Shown here: positions 1-8,907 of the stretch, piece after piece | Numbering within the stretch: the stretch's first letter is position 1 | How the letters are laid out: each line of letters opens with the position of its first letter | Assembly (NCBI GenBank): GCA_052386995.1 | Contig: JBQTJP010000236.1 | Span: forward strand, 1-19,329 | Source: Armatimonadota bacterium | Lineage (GTDB): Bacteria > Sysuimicrobiota > Sysuimicrobiia > Sysuimicrobiales > Humicultoraceae | Length of the DNA: 19,329 bases | Direction of reading: 5' to 3' | Notes under the pieces: generated by a model | Told to the model about the DNA's origin: nothing | The model's input: only the letters and a program-made list of their open reading frames with translations | Databases searched by the model: none | Position numbers and translations under genes: made by a program

Positions 1-501
1 CTGTGCCGCCAGCGCTAGCTCGGCGCGCAACCACTGGGCCTGCGGTGATTGGGATCCACAACCGCCGACCGCCCAGCACACGCTGTTGAGCACGATGACT
101 CGCCAGGTACCCACTGTGAAGCTGTAGTAGCCTCGCCCCACAGGACCCGCGGCGCTGCCGAAGTATCTGAAGTATCCTGGGGCGCCTCGGGTCCCGTAGT
201 CATGATTGCCGGCAGCCGGGCGGGTCCGCGACTTGTGCCGTCCCCATGTAGGATGATAGCAGTCGGCAAACTCCCGGTCGGTGCCACGCTCATAGGCGTT
301 GTCCCCCGCGGTGAAGACCGTCCCTGGAATCTCATCGAGCAGGCGGGCTGTTGCTTCGTCACCGTCACTGGAGCAGCTCGCGATATCCCCCGCGCCGACC
401 AAGACAGCCGGGACCTCGCCGGAGCCAAGGGGCGCTTCGACCTGGCCGCTCCCCATCGCGAAGAGCGAGGCCAGCACCAGCACCTGGGTTAAGGTTTGCA
501 C
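1..501 (-). CDS. Secreted calcineurin-like metallophosphoesterase (purple acid/alkaline phosphatase-like), 3' end outside the window
   Basis: Not in the ORF track; translated by hand from GTG at 501: MQTLTQVLVLASLFAMGSGQVEA...VLVGAGDIASC...VFTAGDNAYERG...RTRPAAGNHDY...GYYSFTVGTWRVIVLNS...SPQAQWLRAEL. It carries metallophosphoesterase motifs GDIA, GDNAY and GNHD and a hydrophobic N-terminus. An in-frame TAG at 519-517 limits the start. Confidence 0.9.
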   Translation of the reverse strand, partial: MQTLTQVLVLASLFAMGSGQVEAPLGSGEVPAVLVGAGDIASCSSDGDEATARLLDEIPGTVFTAGDNAYERGTDREFADCYHPTWGRHKSRTRPAAGNHDYGTRGAPGYFRYFGSAAGPVGRGYYSFTVGTWRVIVLNSVCWAVGGCGSQSPQAQWLRAELALAAQ

Positions 502-507
502 AAAAGG

Positions 508-536
508 AGTATGAATCTACGCGCGGCGGCAGGCAA
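508..536 (-). promoter_or_regulatory. Putative sigma70/sigmaA promoter giving a leaderless transcript of the metallophosphoesterase
   Basis: Minus strand reads TTGCCT-N17-CATACT-N6-GTG. There is no Shine-Dalgarno, and a T-rich tract (about 537-548) lies just upstream of the -35. Confidence 0.6.
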
Positions 537-595
537 GAAAAGAAAAACTGGCGGGCCGGACCGGGGAAGTAGGGATGGGGATGCGACGATGCGCC

Positions 596-784
596 TCAGT
601 TGCCCGCTGGGCGCTTCAGGGAGACTGTGAGATGTCGATGCGCCAGCTCGCCGTGCCGGAGTCGGCGTCCAGCGCAATCTCCCCCGGTGTCCCGGCCGCG
701 CCATCTGTCATCGTGACGACGCGGGGTCCGACGAGCATCCCCAGAGAAACAGGACGCGAGGCCGAGTAGAAGCACTCGCCTCAC
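596..784 (-). pseudogene. Probable decayed lipoprotein gene directly under the riboswitch
   Basis: GAGGA SD-like sequence, then GTG at 784 reading MRRVLLLGLA. Adding one base near 752-757 would continue as VLFLWGC-SSDPASSR, a signal peptide II with a lipobox, ending at TGA 710-708. The unshifted frame gives an Arg-rich 62 aa ORF that does not look like a real protein. Confidence 0.4.
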
Positions 785-792
785 GTGTGCTT

Positions 793-877
793 CCTCTTCG
801 GCAACCCAGCCGACCACACTTTACGTGGCCCTGTGGCTTTGCGTCCCCGGATCGCTCCGGGTTTGCCCGTTCGGAGG
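793..877 (-). promoter_or_regulatory. c-di-GMP-I (GEMM-I) riboswitch
   Basis: Minus strand: CCUCCGAAC-GGGCAAACCCGGA-GCGA-UCCGGGGACGCAAAGCCACAGGGCCAC-GUAAAGU-GUGGUCGGCUGGGUUGCCGAAGAGG. It matches the GEMM hallmarks: GGCAAAC, P2 capped by a GNRA tetraloop, GACGCAAAGC, P3 ending GGGUURCC, and a CCUC/GAGG P1. Confidence 0.93.
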
Positions 878-902
878 TTGGCCCCGATATTTAGTTACTA
901 GT

Positions 903-931
903 AGCATACCCTAAGACGGCGATCCTGGCAA
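903..931 (-). promoter_or_regulatory. Putative sigma70/sigmaA promoter driving the riboswitch leader
   Basis: TTGCCA (931-926)-N17-TATGCT (908-903). The predicted TSS near 896 is about 20 nt before riboswitch P1. Confidence 0.7.
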
Positions 932-1080
932 GGGGTAAAACGAAGATTGTCAGTGTGAAAATCGCGTGCCGGCCGATAAACCCGTTGAGGGGATCCGTAT
1001 GCCGGCGGTCCGGTTTTCGGTCAATCCAGCCGCCGCAACCGCGCCTGAGATATCCCCGAAGGGGGAAGGAAGGTCAGGGG

Positions 1081-1503
1081 GTGCTTACGACAGTGTGCAG
1101 AACGCGTTCAGCGATACTTTGGATTGCGGTGCTATTCGCCGCCGCCCTAGTCGGCAGCGCATGCGGCGGGCCGATTGGCCGCAGGGGACCGGACCCGACC
1201 GGACCGTCGCAGTCCGCCCCTGTTGCGACCACGCCCGTGACGATTGAGGTGTTCGGCACGCCTGGCCTTCAGTTTGAAGGATCATATGGAGCGCTTGGCG
1301 AGACGCAGCCGGTCGCCGGCACCGTGCCCACCAGGTTGACGTTGCGGTCGGCGATCGGATTCTCAGTCGCGCTGCAGAAGCGCACCAAAGACGGCGAGCT
1401 TGGGATCAAGGTGATCGTCGGCGATCGCGTCGTGAATCAGTCTTCCACGAAGAAAGTCCTGGGTCTGGTCGCGTACACGCACCGATCGTCCGCACCAAAA
1501 TAG
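1081..1503 (+). CDS. Hypothetical exported/lipoprotein with a small beta-rich domain
   Basis: Part of ORF 955..1503. The likely start is GTG 1081 after a purine-rich GGAAGG/AGGGG. A hydrophobic stretch ends in VGSA-C (imperfect lipobox), followed by a Pro/Thr linker and an alternating beta-strand pattern. Confidence 0.7.
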   Translation: MLTTVCRTRSAILWIAVLFAAALVGSACGGPIGRRGPDPTGPSQSAPVATTPVTIEVFGTPGLQFEGSYGALGETQPVAGTVPTRLTLRSAIGFSVALQKRTKDGELGIKVIVGDRVVNQSSTKKVLGLVAYTHRSSAPK

Positions 1504-1560
1504 AGGTCGCCTCCCGCAACGATCCCGGCCCGCCACCCTGGGGCCAACGCGTGTTCGGGA

Positions 1561-1589
1561 TTCACGCGGCCCCCACCGCTCGATACAAT
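1561..1589 (+). promoter_or_regulatory. Putative sigma70/sigmaA promoter of the mfd operon
   Basis: TTCACG-N17-TACAAT in an AT-richer patch about 25 nt before the mfd start. Confidence 0.6.
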
Positions 1590-1613
1590 GAAAGTTACGA
1601 ATGTTGATCAAGC

Positions 1614-4600
1614 GTGCGGGTTATGGAAGGTCTCCTGGCGCCCCTTCGGGCGTCGCCTGAATACAACCAGATCCGGAAGGCCCTGAGCGGCGCGGCAGCC
1701 CCCCCTTCCGTCGTGGGAACGGGTGGCACCGCTGCGGCGTGCCTGATTGCGGCGATCGCCACCGATCCCGACCTCGCCCCCCGCCCGATTCTGATCGTGG
1801 CACCGACGCAAGACGCGGCGGAAAGGCTGGCGGACGACCTGAAAGCCCTGCTGGGTGGATCGGCCGTCGCCGTCCTGGTTCATCCCGAAGCGCAGCCCGA
1901 GGCGCCGGAGGGCGCCCAGGTCGACGCCTCGGGCGCGAAGGCAGACCCCGAGGCGCAGGCACCGGGCGCGCCCCGGACCACTGAGCGCCTCGGCATCCTG
2001 GACGCGCTGGCGGCCGCGGCGCCTGTGATGGTGGTCGCATCTGCCTCCGCCGCGGCTGATCCACTGCTGGCCCCCGATGCCCTCCGCACGACCACACTTG
2101 TCATCCGTCCGGGCGAGCACTTCCTCCGCGATCGATTCGTGGCCGAGCTGATAGCCGGCGGATATGAACGCGTCTCGCTGGTCGCATCTCCCGGCGAGTT
2201 CGCGGTGCGGGGCGGCGTCGTCGATGTGTTTCCCGTGACGGCCGAACGACCCGTTCGCCTGGAGCTGTGGGGTGACGAACTGGATTCACTGCGAGAGTTC
2301 GACCCCGCCTCCCAGCGCAGCACCAAGACGGTGCGCGAAGCGACGATACGGCCCGTGCGGCTGCACGCGACCGGTGGCGATGGCGTGGCGCTGGCAGCAC
2401 ACCTCCCGGCGGGGGCCTTGTTGATTCTGTCCGAGCCCGAAGAGTCCGCCGGGAGCACACGCGTCCTGGCCGAGCGGACACAGAAGACGGAAGCGCCGGC
2501 GCCCCTCGCCTGGTCAGCGGTAAGCGCCGCACCGCCTGGAGCACAGACGCTGTCGATCGCGGCCGCGCGACCGCCCCAAGGGAACTGGCAAGAGGTGCGG
2601 CTGCCGTCGGTCGGCCTCGAGGCCTTTGGCGGACAGACCCATCTCCTCGCACAGATGCTGGCAGGCCTGACCGCCGAGGGGCTGCGCGTGGTGATCGCCT
2701 CGGCGCAGGCGGAGCGCCTCGTGTCCATCCTGAGTGAGGCCGGCGTCGACGTGACGATTGCCGACCGCCTGGAAAAAGCGCCGGCGCCCGGTCATATCGT
2801 CGCCACGAAGGCCGCATTGGGCCGCGGCTTCCGTTTGGACGCTGCGGGGTTGGCCGTTGTCACCGACGCCGAGATCGTCGGGTGGCGCCGGCGGCGGCCG
2901 CGGATGCGGTTCTTGCGCCAAGGCGAGCGGCTCGCCTCGTGGGCCGATCTGTCGCCAGGGGATCTCGTCGTCCATCTCCATCACGGCATCGGCCGCTACC
3001 GCGGGCTCACCCGCCTGCGCCTGGATGGGGCGGAGCGCGAGTATCTTCTGCTGGAGTACGCGCAGGAAGACCGGCTGTACGTTCCGACGGATCAGATCGG
3101 ACTCGTGCAGCGCTACATCGGCACCGAAGGCGAAGCGCCGAGGATTCACCGTCTGGGCGGGGCCGAGTGGGACCGCGAGAAGCGCCGCGTCAAAGAAGCA
3201 GCGCGAGAGATGGCGGCATCGCTGCTCACGCTCTACGCCGCGCGCGCAACCGCGCCCGGGCACGCGTTTGGACCGGATACGCCCTGGCAGCGAGAGATGG
3301 AGGCGGCGTTTCCGCATCAGGAGACGCCGCATCAGCGCACGGCGATCGAAGAAGTCAAGCGCGACATGGAGTCGCCGCGTCCGATGGACCGCCTGGTCGC
3401 CGGGGATGTCGGGTACGGCAAGACCGAAGTCGCGCTTCGGGCCGCGTTCAAAGCGGTGATGGACGGCAAGCAGGTCGCGGTGATCGTGCCGACGACGATC
3501 CTGGCCCAGCAGCACTTCAGCGTCTTTTCGGAGCGGTTCGCGACGTTTCCGATCACCGTCGAGCTACTGAGTCGCTTCCGTTCACCGGCCGAGCAAAAGG
3601 ACGTGCTGGCCAGGACCGCGGCGGGGAGCGTAGATGTCCTGATCGGCACGCATCGGATTCTAGGAAAGGACGTGCGCTTTCGCGATCTGGGCCTGGTCGT
3701 CGTCGATGAAGAGCAGCGCTTCGGCGTCGCCCACAAGGAGCACCTGAAAGCGCTGCGCAAGAGCGTGGACGTTCTCACGCTCACCGCGACGCCGATCCCC
3801 AGGACGCTGCACATGTCCCTCGCCGGCCTGCGCGATCTCTCGGTGATGGAAACGCCCCCGGACGCGCGTCTTCCAATCGCCACCGAAATCCGGCCCGAGG
3901 ATGACGACCTGATCCGGTCGGTGATCCTGCGCGAGCGCGCGCGCGGCGGACAGGTCTACGTCGTCCACAACAGGGTCGAGTCGATCGAGCGGGCCGCGCG
4001 GCGTATCCGCCGGCTCGTCCCCGAGGCGCGCGTAGGGGTCGCGCACGGCCAGATGCCCGAAGAACGACTCGAGGCGGTCATGGTGGACTTCCTGGGAGGC
4101 CGCTACGACGTCCTGGTCTGCACGACGATCGTCGAGATCGGGCTGGACATTCCGCAGGTGAACACGATCCTCATCGAAGACGCCCACCTGATGGGACTGG
4201 CTCAGCTCTATCAGCTGCGCGGCCGCGTGGGGCGCGCCGACCGGCAGGCCTACTGCTACCTGCTCTATCCGCCCTCGGTGCCGCTCACGCCCGAAGCCGA
4301 GCAGCGCCTGCGCGCCATGGCGGAGTTCGTCGAGTTGGGATCGGGGCTGGGCCTGGCGATGCGCGATCTGGAGATCAGAGGGGCGGGCAACATCCTGGGT
4401 CCCGAGCAGCACGGACACGTGGCGGCGGTGGGATTCGACCTCTACGTCCGGCTGCTGGACGAGGCGATTCGCGAAGCGCGGGGCGAGATCGTGGAAGAGG
4501 CGCGCGATCCGGCGCTGGAATTGGGCGTGGATGCCAGCCTGCCCTCGGAGTTCGTGCCCGAGGAGACCGACCGGCTCGCCTATTACCGGCGCCTGGGTGC

Positions 4601-4982
4601 CGCGCAGACGGCGGACGAGGTCGAGGAGATCGGCCGGGAGCTCCAGGAGCGGTTCGGGCCTCTGCCGCACGCGGCCCGGGCGCTCCTTGCCGCCGTGCGC
4701 CTTCGGACCGTGGCGCGCAGCGTCGGCGTCGCATCGATCGCGCGGGAGAACGGCCGGTTCACCGTCCGGCTGGGCAGCGGTGGTCATCTCGATGAGGCGA
4801 TGCAGCGGCGGCTTCGCTCGGCGCTGGGCAGCCGCGCACAGGTGACGGCCGCCGGGCTCGTCGTGCGCGCGACCGGCGGGGGGTTCATCGAGCAGGCCGA
4901 CGCTCTCTGTGATGTCTTGAACCGGGTTGGGCGCGTCACGGCGCACCTGGAGGATACCGCCGCGCCGGCGCTGCAAGGCTAG
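1614..4982 (+). CDS. mfd: Transcription-repair coupling factor
   Basis: UvrB-homology region (GEFAVRGGVVDVFP), RID (GDLVVHLHHGIGRY), Walker A GDVGYGKT, DEEQRFG, TATPIPRT, QLRGRVGR and the TRG motif RDLEIRGAGNILG. The start could instead be ATG 1623. Confidence 0.98.
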   Translation: MRVMEGLLAPLRASPEYNQIRKALSGAAAPPSVVGTGGTAAACLIAAIATDPDLAPRPILIVAPTQDAAERLADDLKALLGGSAVAVLVHPEAQPEAPEGAQVDASGAKADPEAQAPGAPRTTERLGILDALAAAAPVMVVASASAAADPLLAPDALRTTTLVIRPGEHFLRDRFVAELIAGGYERVSLVASPGEFAVRGGVVDVFPVTAERPVRLELWGDELDSLREFDPASQRSTKTVREATIRPVRLHATGGDGVALAAHLPAGALLILSEPEESAGSTRVLAERTQKTEAPAPLAWSAVSAAPPGAQTLSIAAARPPQGNWQEVRLPSVGLEAFGGQTHLLAQMLAGLTAEGLRVVIASAQAERLVSILSEAGVDVTIADRLEKAPAPGHIVATKAALGRGFRLDAAGLAVVTDAEIVGWRRRRPRMRFLRQGERLASWADLSPGDLVVHLHHGIGRYRGLTRLRLDGAEREYLLLEYAQEDRLYVPTDQIGLVQRYIGTEGEAPRIHRLGGAEWDREKRRVKEAAREMAASLLTLYAARATAPGHAFGPDTPWQREMEAAFPHQETPHQRTAIEEVKRDMESPRPMDRLVAGDVGYGKTEVALRAAFKAVMDGKQVAVIVPTTILAQQHFSVFSERFATFPITVELLSRFRSPAEQKDVLARTAAGSVDVLIGTHRILGKDVRFRDLGLVVVDEEQRFGVAHKEHLKALRKSVDVLTLTATPIPRTLHMSLAGLRDLSVMETPPDARLPIATEIRPEDDDLIRSVILRERARGGQVYVVHNRVESIERAARRIRRLVPEARVGVAHGQMPEERLEAVMVDFLGGRYDVLVCTTIVEIGLDIPQVNTILIEDAHLMGLAQLYQLRGRVGRADRQAYCYLLYPPSVPLTPEAEQRLRAMAEFVELGSGLGLAMRDLEIRGAGNILGPEQHGHVAAVGFDLYVRLLDEAIREARGEIVEEARDPALELGVDASLPSEFVPEETDRLAYYRRLGAAQTADEVEEIGRELQERFGPLPHAARALLAAVRLRTVARSVGVASIARENGRFTVRLGSGGHLDEAMQRRLRSALGSRAQVTAAGLVVRATGGGFIEQADALCDVLNRVGRVTAHLEDTAAPALQG

Positions 4983-5038
4983 CCGGACCGGGGCGGCTGC
5001 GCTATGCTTGACCCGCGCCATGAAGGAGGGACTCAAAG

Positions 5039-6019
5039 ATGAACGTTCGTAAGGTCCTCGTGACGCTCGTCGCGGTCGTCGTCATAGCGGCTGCCAGCGT
5101 TGGTGCCTGGGTGCTGACCGCGGGCGCACGACGCGGCGCCGCGATCGCCGCCAAGGTCAACGGGGACGTGATCTATTGGTCGCAAATCGATGCCGAGGTC
5201 GCGCGGGCGGCCGCCCAGTTCGGGCTCGATCCGGCGAACAAAGAGTTCGAGAAGCAGCGGAACGAGATCGTCAAGACCGTGGTCGATCAGCTCGTGACGC
5301 AGCGGCTCATCGTACAGGAGGCGCGCCGGCGCAATCTCGTCGCCTCTGACAAAGACGTCGACGCCCAGATCGACACGATCCGGAAGCGGTTTCCCAACGA
5401 GGCGGACTTCACCGCGGCGCTCACCCGCAACGGCCTGACCATGAGCGCCCTCCGCGATTTGATTCGCATCCAGCTGTCCCAGCGGAAGGTCGCCGATACC
5501 GTCGCGCAGGGCACCGTGACCGACGACGAGGTGCGCAAGCAGTTCGATAGCAACCGGAGCGCCTACGACAAGCCTGCCCAGATCAAGGTCAGCCATATTC
5601 TCTTTCGGATCACGGAGAAGGGCCAGGAGTCGCTCGCCGCCGCGAAGGCCAGGATCGCTCAGGCAAAGCTGGCAGACGGCGCGAAGTTTGAGGACGTCGC
5701 CAAGCAGTCCTCGGAAGATCCGGGAAGCGCCGAGCGTGGAGGCGACCTGGGGTACGTCAGCAAAGGCACGTTGGTGAAGGAGTTCGAGGAGGCCGCCTGG
5801 GGGCTCAAGCCCGGCGACACAAGCGGCCCCGTGCGCACGCAGTACGGACTCCATATCATCAGGGTGTATGAAGTGAAGCCGGCCGAGCAGGCGCAGTTTG
5901 ACAAGGTGAAGGACGAGATCCGCCAGCAGTTGCTGACCTCCAAGCGCGAAAAGGCCTTCGAATCCTGGCTGGAGCAGCAGCGCAAGACCGCGACGATCGA
6001 GAAGTTCGACCGCCGCTGA
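5039..6019 (+). CDS. PrsA/SurA-like parvulin peptidyl-prolyl isomerase (foldase)
   Basis: Strong SD AAGGAGG; N-terminal hydrophobic anchor; SurA-N-like domain (AKVNGDVI); parvulin motifs SHILF, FEDVAKQSSEDPGSAERGGDLG and TQYGLHII. Confidence 0.93.
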   Translation: MNVRKVLVTLVAVVVIAAASVGAWVLTAGARRGAAIAAKVNGDVIYWSQIDAEVARAAAQFGLDPANKEFEKQRNEIVKTVVDQLVTQRLIVQEARRRNLVASDKDVDAQIDTIRKRFPNEADFTAALTRNGLTMSALRDLIRIQLSQRKVADTVAQGTVTDDEVRKQFDSNRSAYDKPAQIKVSHILFRITEKGQESLAAAKARIAQAKLADGAKFEDVAKQSSEDPGSAERGGDLGYVSKGTLVKEFEEAAWGLKPGDTSGPVRTQYGLHIIRVYEVKPAEQAQFDKVKDEIRQQLLTSKREKAFESWLEQQRKTATIEKFDRR

Positions 6020-6020
6020 C

Positions 6021-6716
6021 GTGCGCTTTACCTTCGACGACCTGGTCGCGGTCATGGCCCGCCTGCGGAGCGCCGGCGGGTGCCCGTGGGACCGGGAGCA
6101 GACGCACGCGACGCTCGCTCCTTACGTGCTCGAAGAAGCCCACGAAACCCTCGACGCGATCGCGCGGAACGACCACGCGGCCCTGCGCGCCGAGCTCGGC
6201 GACGTGCTTCTTCAAATTGTCTTTCACGCCCAGATCGCCCGCGAAGCCGGACACTTCGACAGCGGCGCGGTCGTCGATGGCCTCGTGCAGAAACTGCTGG
6301 ACCGTCATCCCCACGTCTTTGGCGAGCTGCACCTCCGCACCGCCGGAGAGGTCCTGACGCATTGGGAGGAGATTAAGCGCCGCGAGGCGCCTGACCGGCC
6401 CATCGGCGACGGAGTCCCAAAGACATTGCCGGCGCTCTCCCGGGCGCAGAAGTTGCTGCGGCGGTCGCGCGCAAACGGAGCCGCGGGGGGCGGCACGACC
6501 GCTGAGACACTCCGGGCGGCGCGGGCGAAACTCGACGCCGTCGGTGGTCGTCTCACAGACGCGCGGCGACCGACCCTATCATCCGACCTCGAGGACACGG
6601 TGGGTGACCTGCTCCTGGAGATCGTCGCCCTGGCCGCCGCCGCGGGCGTCGATGCCGAAATGGCGCTGCGGCAGGCGTGCGAGAAGCTCGCCGACGGGCA
6701 CGGTGCGCCTCGATAA
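6021..6716 (+). CDS. mazG: MazG-family nucleoside triphosphate pyrophosphohydrolase
   Basis: GCPWDREQT, EEAHETLDAI, ELGDVLLQIVFHA, RHPHVFG, WEEIK and LPALSRAQK. The second MazG domain is degenerate. Confidence 0.92.
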   Translation: MRFTFDDLVAVMARLRSAGGCPWDREQTHATLAPYVLEEAHETLDAIARNDHAALRAELGDVLLQIVFHAQIAREAGHFDSGAVVDGLVQKLLDRHPHVFGELHLRTAGEVLTHWEEIKRREAPDRPIGDGVPKTLPALSRAQKLLRRSRANGAAGGGTTAETLRAARAKLDAVGGRLTDARRPTLSSDLEDTVGDLLLEIVALAAAAGVDAEMALRQACEKLADGHGAPR

Positions 6717-6960
6717 GTTTCTGCAGGCCAGCCGGATCGTCAGGCGGCGTACGCTCGCCAACCGCCTCTGCGATGCGGGCAAGATCACGCTCAACGGCCT
6801 ACGCGCCAAGCCGGCGGCACCCACGAAAGTCGGCGACCTCATCGGCGTGAGTGTCGGTGCGCGGCGGCTGGTGGTCAGGATCAGGCGCCTGCCCGAGGGC
6901 CGTCCGTCACCCGAGCCGCCGTTCGAAGTGATCGAAGACCGGCGGACGGCCGAAGCCTGA
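6703..6960 (+). CDS. S4-domain RNA-binding protein (YabO/RqcP/Hsp15-like)
   Basis: From GTG 6703: MRLDKFLQASRIVRRRTLANRLCDAGKITLNG...AKP...KVGD, the YabO/Hsp15 signature. It overlaps the mazG end, in the same position as Bacillus yabN-yabO. Confidence 0.9.
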   Translation: MRLDKFLQASRIVRRRTLANRLCDAGKITLNGLRAKPAAPTKVGDLIGVSVGARRLVVRIRRLPEGRPSPEPPFEVIEDRRTAEA

Positions 6961-8271
<1,311 letters not shown>

Positions 8272-8272
8272 A

Positions 8273-8299
8273 GCAGGAGTCGGACGCCCCGCCGCGAAT
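8273..8299 (+). promoter_or_regulatory. Putative sigmaH-type promoter upstream of divIC/ftsB
   Basis: GCAGGA-N17-GAAT, the same geometry as Bacillus sigmaH promoters. Confidence 0.5.
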
Positions 8300-8353
8300 C
8301 TCGAATCGCCCATTCGGGCGGCAGGATTCTGACCTTTCGTCGTTGCAACCGTC

Positions 8354-8779
8354 ATGCCACACGTTGCCGCGCGCCGTCTCGAACTTCCTCCGCGAATCTC
8401 CCGCCGTCTCGTGCCGCGCTGGGCCGGCCCGGCCGTCGCGGTGGCGATCTGCGGGGCGCTCGTGCTGGCGTTTGGAGGCGCGTACTGGGACGGCTACCAG
8501 TTGCGCCGCGGCGCGGCCCGTCTGGCACGAGAGCGGGATGAGTTGCGCCTGCAGAACGCGCAACTCCGTGAGGAGCTTCGGCTCCTCCGTACGCCGGAGT
8601 ATATTGAGCGGCTCGCCCGCGAGCAGCTCGGGCTGGTCCGGCCCGGGGAGATCGCGGTCATCCTGGTGAGGCCGACGCCCGCGGCGGCCCCACCCGCGGC
8701 GCCGCCGGGCACCCGCGAAGCGGGTCGGCCGGAGGTGCGGGAGCCGAAGCCCTGGTGGGCGCGGCTGCTGGGCCGGTGA
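8354..8779 (+). CDS. Septum formation initiator, DivIC/FtsB family
   Basis: One TM helix, a coiled coil, the motif YIERLAREQLGLVRPGE and a Pro-rich tail. It sits downstream of eno. Confidence 0.9.
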   Translation: MPHVAARRLELPPRISRRLVPRWAGPAVAVAICGALVLAFGGAYWDGYQLRRGAARLARERDELRLQNAQLREELRLLRTPEYIERLAREQLGLVRPGEIAVILVRPTPAAAPPAAPPGTREAGRPEVREPKPWWARLLGR

Positions 8780-8830
8780 CGAGGCACCATCGAGTGATGA
8801 TCGAGCGGTGTGATACGCAGACAGGCTGCA

Positions 8831-8860
8831 TTGACACTGCTAAGGGCGCGTGGGTATAGT
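8831..8860 (+). promoter_or_regulatory. Near-consensus sigma70/sigmaA promoter of the S1-domain gene
   Basis: TTGACA-N18-TATAGT, followed by SD AAAGGAG before ATG 8908. Confidence 0.7.
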
Positions 8861-8907
8861 CGCACGCGCCTCGAGGCCGCAAACGAAAGGAGCGTGCGCG
8901 TTCGGGT

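Noticed and set aside
15..572. Track ORFs 15..428, 49..492, 299..514 and 351..572
   Set aside because: They overlap the real minus-strand metallophosphoesterase (1..501), which has clear catalytic motifs.
793..877. Riboswitch as a 3'3'-cGAMP (GEMM-Ib) variant, or as a sensor of the cyclase's product
   Set aside because: The discriminating position is G, not A. Class III cyclases make cyclic mononucleotides, and the two loci are more than 8 kb apart across housekeeping genes.
955..1080. Possible second structured RNA upstream of the lipoprotein-like gene (GGCGG/CCGCC and CCCC-GAA-GGGG stems)
   Set aside because: Short stems like these are expected at this GC content, and I could not match them to any riboswitch consensus. 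A cmscan would settle it.
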